This document shows, piece by piece, positions 18,407 to 27,107 of a DNA stretch of 64,000 nucleotides. The stretch is from a virus (taxonomy: Duplodnaviria > Caudoviricetes): positions 701 to 64,700 of IMG/VR virus record IMGVR_UViG_3300049899_000550, one strand, 5' to 3'. The position numbers were made by a program, and so were the translations under genes. Numbering within the stretch: position 1 is the first letter of the stretch; every line of letters starts with the position of its first letter. The notes beneath the pieces were generated by a model. That model searched no databases and was not told the origin of the DNA. It worked only from the letters and a program-made list of their open reading frames with translations.

Positions 18407-19542
18407 TACGTTTTGTCCTCGGTGCGGTGTGATGCTAAGGCACTATTAGACGGAAGAAATTTACCTGTTAGTCCCAATCGTGTTTGATTAGTAATCCAGT
18501 AGTCTTGCATATCATCTGGAATGTCTGCACGTGTGCTTTCTAATATTTTTAAATAGATATCTAATATAGCATTGTAATCTTGTATAGGCAAGCTCTTTAA
18601 TATCTTGTGTAATTTATAATAATCTTCTACTTTCGCTTTTGTAAATGCTTTACCGTATGCGTCCGATAATATTTGTAATGCTGTTTTAGGATCGTGTGCT
18701 ACAATTTCACCGGTGCTTTTATCTTTAACACCATCTACGTGGCTAAACGAATAGCCTGCGTGGTTAAATGCTGCAAGCATTAATTGTGTACGATGTAATC
18801 CTTTTACGTTGCTGTCTGCTGGATACTCCGAAGAGTAATAAGAAAAATTGAGCCATCCTATGTTACCAATCATCCAATCAACTTGCACACCTGTATCTAA
18901 ATTAGTTCCTTCTGGATCATACTGTGGATACAGACCAAATATATTTCCGGCGCTTACTTTCTTTTCATCAGTGTGTAGATTTGGAGCATGTGCATTAATA
19001 TATACTGTAAGTTGTCTTAAAAACGCCTTAAGCATTATTTGTTCTGGTGTTGCTGTTCTAGCACGTTTTGCTATTTTTTCTGCTTCGGCTTTTACGGCCT
19101 TGGGATCTACGTTCCATTTAGCAATTGCTTCGTCGGACATTTCTTGATCTAGTATATCACCAACGTCTACACCTAAATCAATGTCACCGCTTATTGGCTT
19201 CTTACCTACAGAACCCAAAGGGTGAAAATGTGCTGTATCAAATATATTTGCTTTTTGCGGAAATACAGATTTTAATTCTGCGAAGTAATGTTCTAGTGTG
19301 GGTTCAATATTCTCGCGTTTAATAGCGTTAGTTTTACCTTTAAAAACATTACCACCTTCGTTAAGGGTTACACCAACAATAGTCTGTACTAGTTTCCAAG
19401 CTTCTTTGTTTTTCTTGCTGTTAACTAGTCTTTTAAAGTGTGCTTTTTGTGCAGGCGAGGCGGTTTTATAGAAGCTGTGTACTTCATGCATACCGATATT
19501 GCCCGGATAACTTATTTCAGTTGTGAATTCTTTTGCTCGCAT
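18406..19542 (-). CDS. Tagged two-module protein with a Pol-beta-superfamily nucleotidyltransferase domain
   Basis: MRAKEFTTE; second module begins after LNE; LGSVGKKPISGDIDL and VQVDWM. Confidence 0.7.
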   Translation of the reverse strand: MRAKEFTTEISYPGNIGMHEVHSFYKTASPAQKAHFKRLVNSKKNKEAWKLVQTIVGVTLNEGGNVFKGKTNAIKRENIEPTLEHYFAELKSVFPQKANIFDTAHFHPLGSVGKKPISGDIDLGVDVGDILDQEMSDEAIAKWNVDPKAVKAEAEKIAKRARTATPEQIMLKAFLRQLTVYINAHAPNLHTDEKKVSAGNIFGLYPQYDPEGTNLDTGVQVDWMIGNIGWLNFSYYSSEYPADSNVKGLHRTQLMLAAFNHAGYSFSHVDGVKDKSTGEIVAHDPKTALQILSDAYGKAFTKAKVEDYYKLHKILKSLPIQDYNAILDIYLKILESTRADIPDDMQDYWITNQTRLGLTGKFLPSNSALASHRTEDKT

Positions 19543-19551
19543 AATATGTAT

Positions 19552-20814
19552 TTATTTAATTTTCTTTCCGAGGTCTTTGACCTTAAATTCGCCGTTAACA
19601 CGATCAAACACTATATCATTTAGTCTATTTTCAATACGGTAATCGTTAACATTTCTTTCTTGTACCATTAATCCTACAATATCTGGCAAATCTTCCCACT
19701 TAGCAGACTCACCGTTGGTTTCGGTATGATTTAATATTCCAGTACGAATGTCATATGCATCTGGACTTTCTACTTCGTCAATTATACTAAGTATTTCATG
19801 TGCATTATCATTGTAACTCGCATAATTCATATCATCTTTTTCAACTTGATCCCAGTCTACCATGCCTTCTTCGTCCATGTATCCTTCACCAGCTAACCAG
19901 TCATAATAACTAGTATCGTCAGCCTCTAAATCTGTGTAAATCTCCATAATAGTATCGCGTACAAGTTCACCTATTATTTTTACTCCGTGTACTAGCAATC
20001 TATCAGTTTGAAATTCTAATATTTCGTTGACGTCAGGATCTGTTTTTCTGAAAAAGTCAAGTAATCTAAAACGTTTTGTTAGTAATTTTTTTGCATTAAC
20101 TTCCGCATCACCTTCGTCCATGTATTGACCAGCAGCAAAACTTATTTGATATTTTTCACCATCATAATCGGGTTTCTTTGGTAATAAAATATAAAGCATT
20201 CCTTCACCTCTGTACTGATCAAACATATTGTTATTACGTGCTGCCGTACACCATGTAGTGCCCTGCCCGTAATAACATGCAGCTTCTTCACTTTCAGGTA
20301 CAATTACTCTTACTTCTGCATTATTAAGTACTTCTTTGTATTCACCTTTATCAATAGGTTCATCATCTGTTACTAGTAAATCTTTATATTGGTTGTGTAG
20401 TTGATATACGTCCATAACACCCAAGCGATTAATATCTTTATTTTCTGGTGCTAAATGATTCTTTATTTTAAGTTGGTTGTATGTATGCAAATAATCAGCA
20501 ACTCTAGATATCATATCCTCTAACTTAGTTTCGCCTATTGCGTATTGTTTAGCTAGCCATTGGGTGTATTTCTTCTGTGGAGTTGGGTCAGCATCCTCTA
20601 ACAATTTAAGTACTATATCTAATACCATTTGTTTAGCTTGCTGTACTTCTTTACTAGGCTTAGCAGTCTTATCGGGATTTTGAAATGCAAGAAATTGTGT
20701 AGGGTGACGTGTTCTGATATAATTATCTTTTTCTGCAACCGCCATTATTTTAGCACCTAAGTTCTGTGCTGTCTTATCACGCTTGTATTCGAATATAAAT
20801 TGTTTAGCTCTCAT
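19552..20814 (-). CDS. Tagged protein with a PcfJ-like W-C-T domain
   Basis: MRAKQFIFE; YYGQGTTWCTA...NMFDQY...EKYQ. Confidence 0.55.
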   Translation of the reverse strand: MRAKQFIFEYKRDKTAQNLGAKIMAVAEKDNYIRTRHPTQFLAFQNPDKTAKPSKEVQQAKQMVLDIVLKLLEDADPTPQKKYTQWLAKQYAIGETKLEDMISRVADYLHTYNQLKIKNHLAPENKDINRLGVMDVYQLHNQYKDLLVTDDEPIDKGEYKEVLNNAEVRVIVPESEEAACYYGQGTTWCTAARNNNMFDQYRGEGMLYILLPKKPDYDGEKYQISFAAGQYMDEGDAEVNAKKLLTKRFRLLDFFRKTDPDVNEILEFQTDRLLVHGVKIIGELVRDTIMEIYTDLEADDTSYYDWLAGEGYMDEEGMVDWDQVEKDDMNYASYNDNAHEILSIIDEVESPDAYDIRTGILNHTETNGESAKWEDLPDIVGLMVQERNVNDYRIENRLNDIVFDRVNGEFKVKDLGKKIK

Positions 20815-21233
20815 TATAATTCCCGCAGCATAACGGGATCACCGCCTGCTCTTCCAATTATTTCAAAATCGTATGATTCATACCACTTAACTAAATCAAA
20901 CTCGTTACCTTCGGATTTATCAGCTACTAATATCATAGCTTCGGCGTCTAGATCTATTGCTGCATCAACACCTTGCCATAACAATGCATTTCCGATACCG
21001 TCGTTTCTCTTCTCATCGTCGACCCAAATATTTTTAATGATACCAATTCTTTCAAATTGATTTTTTATTTTTTCTGCAATTTCAGCTGGAGCACCTTGCG
21101 ACATTAAATAATTTGCTAAATTTTCCTTATCGGTATCTACAACATAACCTTCGATGCCGCTCTCACCTATATCGCCATTGAGATCAACAATGATCTCCGA
21201 AGTGTTTTCAGTCATAAAATCTTTAGCTCGCAC
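20814..21233 (-). CDS. Tagged GNAT acetyltransferase
   Basis: MRAKDFMTE; IWVDDEKRNDGIGNALL, LVKWYESYDF. Confidence 0.75.
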   Translation of the reverse strand: MRAKDFMTENTSEIIVDLNGDIGESGIEGYVVDTDKENLANYLMSQGAPAEIAEKIKNQFERIGIIKNIWVDDEKRNDGIGNALLWQGVDAAIDLDAEAMILVADKSEGNEFDLVKWYESYDFEIIGRAGGDPVMLREL

Positions 21234-21672
21234 GTATCACTCCATGATTGGATCTTTTACTATCGTATTCAACACCCATCTTTTTCCAAAAGCCTTTTGC
21301 TTTGTTTTGTACATCATGTATCTTAAGTTCGCCGCCGGCAGTATCAACAATATCTTTTACAATAGAGCTACCTATACCTGCTCTCTTTAACCCTCTGTTT
21401 AATTCTATGTTAACAAGTCCAAGTATTTTATTTGTTCCATCTTCTACAAATAAATCAACGTGTCCTAAAAATACATCAGGGTCATCCGGATCACGTTTAG
21501 CAATCTCTATGTCGAATATTGTAAAGCGTAGTCTTGTACATCCTGCTTCGCTACTGCCGGAACGCATGCCACCTACTAAGCCGTATTTCTCGCCTGTGTA
21601 TTGAGCCATGCCCATACCCATTGGCTCTACGTCCATTACTGCGTCTTGTACAATTACTTCGTTTATTCTCAT
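21223..21672 (-). CDS. Tagged GNAT-like acetyltransferase
   Basis: MRINE; IEL...KRAGIGSSIV, AKGFWKKMG. Confidence 0.7.
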   Translation of the reverse strand: MRINEVIVQDAVMDVEPMGMGMAQYTGEKYGLVGGMRSGSSEAGCTRLRFTIFDIEIAKRDPDDPDVFLGHVDLFVEDGTNKILGLVNIELNRGLKRAGIGSSIVKDIVDTAGGELKIHDVQNKAKGFWKKMGVEYDSKRSNHGVIRAS

Positions 21673-22124
21673 TAGTGTTCTATTACAGTATACCCGTATG
21701 TACTATAATTAGTTCCGTATTCTATTGCCATAACAACAGTTATATTATCTTTAGTTGGGAAATGATAAAGAAGCTTGCCTGATTTTTTATGTGGAAAGTA
21801 TTCTGCGAACTCATGTAGATCATCTACTGCATTATTGTAAACTTCCATATTTACATTACCACCAATTAATACTGCCATTGGATAGTTAGTTCGCGAATGG
21901 TACTCGCCAAACAAGGTATGATTTGTTACTAGTTTAATCTTACCGCTAGACGATGCTCTAAATTTAGTTGTGTCTGGTGCCGAAGGATGCGATGTATCAT
22001 CGGTTTCATACTCCATCATCTCCTCAGCAAATTGCTTTAAATTGTTTTCAATTACATCTACAATTTCATCAAAGTATGGGACATTTTCAACTGTCTCCAT
22101 TAATTTTCTCATATCATTGCTCAT
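21672..22124 (-). CDS. Tagged hypothetical protein
   Basis: MSNDMRKLMETVE N-terminus. Confidence 0.65.
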   Translation of the reverse strand: MSNDMRKLMETVENVPYFDEIVDVIENNLKQFAEEMMEYETDDTSHPSAPDTTKFRASSSGKIKLVTNHTLFGEYHSRTNYPMAVLIGGNVNMEVYNNAVDDLHEFAEYFPHKKSGKLLYHFPTKDNITVVMAIEYGTNYSTYGYTVIEH

Positions 22125-22130
22125 AGTTTT

Positions 22131-23135
22131 TCATCCGTATACCAAGCTATCTATTCTTTTATATTTAATATTAAATGCATTCATTAGCAGTTCTACTTCA
22201 CGTAAACATTCGCTACGTCCGCCACCTACAATGTATGCTCCGTTATAACGTTTTAGTTGTGCTACACTTGTCCAATTAACTGCTAAGTTATCGTCTGCGT
22301 ATTTGTCGTCCCACTCCGAACCTAAGAATTGTTCCATTGCATAACTGTAATCATCTTCTTCTGCAAATAACTCCCTGGAATCGGTTACCTTTTGTATGTA
22401 CATTTCTCTAATAGTTTTAATAATAGAGCCTTCGTCCATTCCACCATCCATCCAACAACGAAAGTAACCATAGCCCTTATCGTTAATTCTAAAACGTTGC
22501 CAATCAATTATATCGTCGGTGTCAACTTCAACATAATCATCATACTCTTCGTCGTATGTGTAACGTTCTTCTTCTGGGACAATAGTATTTTCCCAGTATA
22601 ACTGTATGTCGCTAACTGTATCTTCTGTTATACCTGTTTCTTCTGCGTTAACAAACATTAGCACAGGTCCTGTGTTTTTGTTAACAAATTTAATTATGCG
22701 TTCGCTTTTAGGAGTGTCGTATGCAGGTTGCACATCAACAACGATGATAGGATGATTAAGCCCCTCGTTGATTGCTTCTCTAACTATAGCAGAGGCCGGA
22801 ATATTGCCTCTGTAAATATGATAGCCCTCTGCTTGTCCAGTTGGTTGGAATGTTCTGTGGTTAAAATTAGGAAGTTTAGTTATATCAATTTTAACTGCAT
22901 CATTGCCTATCGGAGTAGGAGACAAATAAACCATATGCTTGAACATTTCGTTTTCTCTGTCTGATGCTGCATTTTGTTTATATGTGTATGCTGCTATGCC
23001 GCCATCGCTTGTAAATCCGCGATGCATCGGATTGTGATACCAATAACGTTGGACCGGATCACCATACGTTTTACTAGGATCTTTAGCATAAGGAATGTTA
23101 ACTGATTCGCTTAATATTACTTCTTTTATTCGCAT
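22131..23135 (-). CDS. Tagged two-module protein: ART-like domain plus isochorismatase/cysteine-hydrolase-like domain
   Basis: Start moved to MRIKEVILSE. Module 1: WYH...VYLS...YRGNIP. After INE: IIVVDVQP...VGGGRSECL. Confidence 0.55.
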   Translation of the reverse strand: MRIKEVILSESVNIPYAKDPSKTYGDPVQRYWYHNPMHRGFTSDGGIAAYTYKQNAASDRENEMFKHMVYLSPTPIGNDAVKIDITKLPNFNHRTFQPTGQAEGYHIYRGNIPASAIVREAINEGLNHPIIVVDVQPAYDTPKSERIIKFVNKNTGPVLMFVNAEETGITEDTVSDIQLYWENTIVPEEERYTYDEEYDDYVEVDTDDIIDWQRFRINDKGYGYFRCWMDGGMDEGSIIKTIREMYIQKVTDSRELFAEEDDYSYAMEQFLGSEWDDKYADDNLAVNWTSVAQLKRYNGAYIVGGGRSECLREVELLMNAFNIKYKRIDSLVYG

Positions 23136-23740
23136 TAGAAATCTAAGTAGCCCCACATTCTAATATATGAGCTTGCTCCCGATGTATCTGCGAGATACTT
23201 GTTACCAGTTCTAAATACAACAACAAATGTTTTAGCGGGATGGTTCGCATCTGCTTGTGGGTTAGCGTTGCTGCCTTTGTCATTCATGTGTCTGCCAAAT
23301 ATATCAACATCGGTGTAGGTAGGAATTTCCATTTGATTTGTTAGTTTTTTAAATTGTAGTTCATCAATTGCACCACGCTGTCTGATATCACTAAAATAGC
23401 TCGGCTTCTCTAATAATTTAATTCCTAATTCTTCCATTGTGTTTAACCCGTCGGAACCAAATGCTTTTGTGAGTGATATAGATTGTATGCCCGAACCGGA
23501 CTTACCACCGGAGTTATATTCGCTTGCTAATGCATCTGCTATACGTATGTCTGAAGTAGTAGAAATAACTACTTCAGCACCATCGCTGCGTACACCAATT
23601 ATTTGTCCGCCGTTGCTGTTCTTTAAAGGGATAGCATAAAAGCTATCGTATCCTTCCGGTACGCCGATATCCGGGTTAGCTTCTTTGCTGCTGCCGAAGT
23701 TACCTTGTACTACGCCCTCTGTTATTTCATTTATTTTCAT
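23135..23740 (-). CDS. Tagged hypothetical protein
   Basis: MKINEITE N-terminus. Confidence 0.7.
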   Translation of the reverse strand: MKINEITEGVVQGNFGSSKEANPDIGVPEGYDSFYAIPLKNSNGGQIIGVRSDGAEVVISTTSDIRIADALASEYNSGGKSGSGIQSISLTKAFGSDGLNTMEELGIKLLEKPSYFSDIRQRGAIDELQFKKLTNQMEIPTYTDVDIFGRHMNDKGSNANPQADANHPAKTFVVVFRTGNKYLADTSGASSYIRMWGYLDF

Positions 23741-23749
23741 TGTTATTCC

Positions 23750-24736
23750 TTACATAAATGCAACAAAAAATTCACCAGAAGCACCTTCTACACGACTAAC
23801 TTCAAGTTTAAGGTTTTGTATAAATGGACTGCTGTTCCATGCTTTTGCTACACTGACTACATTTTCTATATCTTGATCATTCATTGGCTTCCCATCTTTT
23901 CGTGTCATTGATGTAGGATACGTTGTACTTAGATCATAATCGTGTTCATCTGTTGGAGGTAAATCGTGGTCTTCGCCCACGCTGCCGAATCTCATTCTAT
24001 ACCATTCTTTAAATTCCTGGTCAAGTATAATATCGTCAAAATCATTGCCGTATAACACAGGAGTATTGTACTCGTCATGTAGTTCGGCTTCTTGTTCTGC
24101 ATCAGCTTCGAACTCATCTTTAAATACAGCATTGTACCCTGAAATAATATCATCTATAGCATCAAGTTCTTCTTCGCCTGCATTTTCTAATTCTATATTA
24201 CCTTCGTCATTAATTGTAGCATTAAGATAATCGTCATAATCTTTATAACCGGCTAATTGTCTAATAGCATTAACCATCTCTGTTTTTTCATGTGCTGGTC
24301 CGTTATGTATAATAACTATTTCGGCAAGTAAAGATTCTTCTTCTAAGTTTCTTCCTCTGGGTATAACAGGTTTAGGTACAGGTATGCGTGGCTTTGGTGT
24401 AGGTAGAACGGATGCATTTAAATTTCTTTTTCTATCAAATGTAATTTCATCTGGGCCGTAATATTCTTCGCCTTCTCTTGGTCCGTCATACTGTAAGAAA
24501 TCCATTACGTCGTTGGTTGATATATCGTATCCGAAATGCTCTGGCTGCTCCGAATCGTGTAATTCAACATACATATTTCCTAAGCGATCATTTCTGTCTG
24601 TTAATATGTATCCATTAATTCCTCGCTTAACATCAATATAGTGTACATCCTTGGGATCTACTTTTGTTGTGAACAAGGCGCCTAAAAAGCCTAGTATCTT
24701 TTCTGTTTTGTTGTTTTTAATTTCGTTTAATTTCAT
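23750..24736 (-). CDS. Tagged acidic multi-module hypothetical protein
   Basis: MKLNEIK; internal LEEESLLAE junction. Confidence 0.7.
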   Translation of the reverse strand: MKLNEIKNNKTEKILGFLGALFTTKVDPKDVHYIDVKRGINGYILTDRNDRLGNMYVELHDSEQPEHFGYDISTNDVMDFLQYDGPREGEEYYGPDEITFDRKRNLNASVLPTPKPRIPVPKPVIPRGRNLEEESLLAEIVIIHNGPAHEKTEMVNAIRQLAGYKDYDDYLNATINDEGNIELENAGEEELDAIDDIISGYNAVFKDEFEADAEQEAELHDEYNTPVLYGNDFDDIILDQEFKEWYRMRFGSVGEDHDLPPTDEHDYDLSTTYPTSMTRKDGKPMNDQDIENVVSVAKAWNSSPFIQNLKLEVSRVEGASGEFFVAFM

Positions 24737-24755
24737 TGCTTATCTCAATTGTTAT

Positions 24756-24831
24756 GCTGCTTTTACTAGTACAGGTAGCGACTGTGCTAGACGGTAGCAG
24801 CCCCGTGCCGTAACCCTAACGGTCCTAGGGC
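24756..24831 (-). ncRNA. Candidate structured RNA (three hairpins, two possible pseudoknots)
   Basis: GC-rich intergenic island. Stems CCGT/ACGG, ACGG/CCGT and CTAG-C-ACAG/CTGT-A-CTAG; loop GCTGCT is complementary to the 3' AGCAGC. Confidence 0.55.
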
Positions 24832-24837
24832 TATGTC

Positions 24838-26559
24838 TTATCTACCTGTGCTTACATCGCCTGCAGGTTCAATCATGTAGTTATTTAGATGTATAGTCAT
24901 CTCACCACCGTATTCAGGATGTGTGAATAATACTGAAACTGCATCGTTGTGTACATAAACAACCTTACCTACAAGTCCTTCATCTTCTATGCTGGAGACC
25001 ATTTGTCTCCACTTCATTGCTTCACCTGTGTAACCGGCGCCTCTTGCACTTTTATTAGCGTGAGCTTTTAAACCGTCTGGAGCAATTCTAACATTACTGC
25101 CTTTCTCGTAAGCATCATCCCATTCGTATTCGCTAAGTGATTCACCACCAGCGGTTCTACCCTTAGGTTGACCTGCGTCTCGTATTGCTTTCTTTAATAC
25201 TGTTGTATCGTTAGAACGTTTGCCTGCTGTTCGTGCCTTTGGCTGTCCTGCGTCACGTATCGCTTTCTTTAATACATCACTTCCTTCATCCATGTACCCT
25301 TCATCTCGAAGTTGTTGTAACAGTTTATCTGATGTTTCTTTTTCCCTACGTTTTAAACTTTGAAGTATACCGTAAGTGTCTGAGCTACCAAAGCCTTCAC
25401 CTTCTGGCCAATCGCCACACGTCCATACTACTTCTTCTGCGATGTCTTCGTAATCAAAGTCTGGATAATTGCTTTTAATTTGTCTTGCGACACTAACACA
25501 TAAATCCCATTGGTGATCTTCTAGCCCGCTAAATATTCTATCTTCAACTTCGGACATTTCTATATCATCTTCTTTTAATGGTTTCATAGGAATAACAGGA
25601 CCACGCTCGCTCTTCTTAGGACGAGGCTTTGGCATTTGATTGCCCCACTTATTAGTTTGATGACCCCAGTTACCTTCATCTAGTTTATTGCTGTAATATT
25701 CCCACATTGTTGATGAAATTTTTCTTAGATCTTGAATACTTCCGTAATCATCCATCTTAGTGGTTACTCTATAAATTTGTTTTGCCCATTTCTCCATCAT
25801 TCTAGATATTTTATTTTCGCTATCATCTAATAGAACGTCAGGCCCTTGCTTCTTCGCTTCTTTCTTTTTGTCTTTCATTGGACCTGCGCGACCACATTTG
25901 TTTGGATTCTTTTTCATGTCTGCTGCAACAGGATTAGTTTTCTTTGGTTGTTTAGTTTCTGCTACGCCGTTAGCTGCTGCCTGCGCTTCTGCGCCACTGT
26001 TGTGAATTTGGATTCCTACTGATTCAACATCGTCTTTAGTTTTACCATTAAAGCCCGAACCACCATCTTCATAATCTTCTACACTCCACCACCAGTTAAA
26101 ACTAGGAGTATATCCTTTATCGTTGTAAACGTGTAATTCAACTCCTGGATTTCTTTCTGGTCCTAATGCTTTAACCCAATAACCGTGCGTTACTTTTTTG
26201 CCTAATCTATTTAATTTAGGTATCGGATCGCCCATCATCTTATCAAATTCTGCGTTGATTGCTTCGTTTAAATCACTTGTCTTAATATCAAATTCTGCCG
26301 CTGCCGCTGCCGCATCCTGCCCAGTTTTTTTCATCCATTTCTCAGCCTTTTTGATAGCTCTTTCTTTTGATGCTTGTGCTCTTTTTACAGCGGCACCTGC
26401 AGTTTCACGTCCTTCGGATGTTTTCTTTTTCTTTTTCTTTGACTTTTTAGGTTGTTTGTAACTACCACCAAATAACAAACCTACGTTTGGTCCTGTTCCG
26501 CCTTGTGGAGTTGCTGCTATAGCGCCTACGGAATTCTCGCCTAATTCTGAAATTTTCAT
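24838..26559 (-). CDS. Tagged modular head-associated protein / putative polyprotein
   Basis: MKISELGE; alternating basic and acidic short modules separated by [ILV]-x-E-type junctions. Confidence 0.7.
   Translation of the reverse strand: MKISELGENSVGAIAATPQGGTGPNVGLLFGGSYKQPKKSKKKKKKTSEGRETAGAAVKRAQASKERAIKKAEKWMKKTGQDAAAAAAEFDIKTSDLNEAINAEFDKMMGDPIPKLNRLGKKVTHGYWVKALGPERNPGVELHVYNDKGYTPSFNWWWSVEDYEDGGSGFNGKTKDDVESVGIQIHNSGAEAQAAANGVAETKQPKKTNPVAADMKKNPNKCGRAGPMKDKKKEAKKQGPDVLLDDSENKISRMMEKWAKQIYRVTTKMDDYGSIQDLRKISSTMWEYYSNKLDEGNWGHQTNKWGNQMPKPRPKKSERGPVIPMKPLKEDDIEMSEVEDRIFSGLEDHQWDLCVSVARQIKSNYPDFDYEDIAEEVVWTCGDWPEGEGFGSSDTYGILQSLKRREKETSDKLLQQLRDEGYMDEGSDVLKKAIRDAGQPKARTAGKRSNDTTVLKKAIRDAGQPKGRTAGGESLSEYEWDDAYEKGSNVRIAPDGLKAHANKSARGAGYTGEAMKWRQMVSSIEDEGLVGKVVYVHNDAVSVLFTHPEYGGEMTIHLNNYMIEPAGDVSTGR
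25148..25275 (-). repeat. Internal 75-nt-period tandem duplication
   Basis: VLKKAIRDAGQPK(A/G)RTAG occurs twice, with synonymous differences. Confidence 0.9.
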
Positions 26560-26616
26560 GTTAAATCCTTAGTATAATATACGTACAATATTAAGTATTT
26601 ATGCAGAAACAATATC

Positions 26617-26645
26617 TTGACAAGCGATTAACAATATGCTATAAT
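26617..26645 (+). promoter_or_regulatory. Perfect consensus sigma70 promoter
   Basis: TTGACA-17 nt-TATAAT. Confidence 0.9.
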
Positions 26646-26672
26646 ATGTCATTAATCTCACAGAGAACACAT

Positions 26673-27107
26673 ATGATAAATCAAGTAATGGAAATAATCG
26701 AAACAGAATTAGTAGACTATATTGACGGACCGTTCGAAGGCGAAGATTATTGGACAGAAGACGATTTTATATACGTTGGAAATAAGAACTTTGTACTAGC
26801 CGCTAATATAATGCGTAAAGTAAATAACAGCGGTGATTTTAATAAACGTTTAGTAAAAATCCGTACCGCGGCAGATGTGATTACTTTAGGGTTCGATTCG
26901 TTGTTAGATGCAGAACCAGTATTTACAGTTAAAATTGGTCCTACTAAAGAAAAGACTATCGAGCTAAAAGAAAGCGAAGAAGGTCGTATTGTATTATATA
27001 TTAATAAAGAAAGAAGTTCAGCAACATTCAAAACGCTCAAAGCGAGCAAATCCTACATCAAAAAACTAGATAAAACTCTATGCAGCGAGGATGAGTTTAT
27101 TTCTTAA
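26673..27107 (+). CDS. Hypothetical protein (isolated plus-strand early gene)
   Basis: Start moved to ATG 26673, downstream of the promoter. Confidence 0.7.
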   Translation: MINQVMEIIETELVDYIDGPFEGEDYWTEDDFIYVGNKNFVLAANIMRKVNNSGDFNKRLVKIRTAADVITLGFDSLLDAEPVFTVKIGPTKEKTIELKESEEGRIVLYINKERSSATFKTLKASKSYIKKLDKTLCSEDEFIS

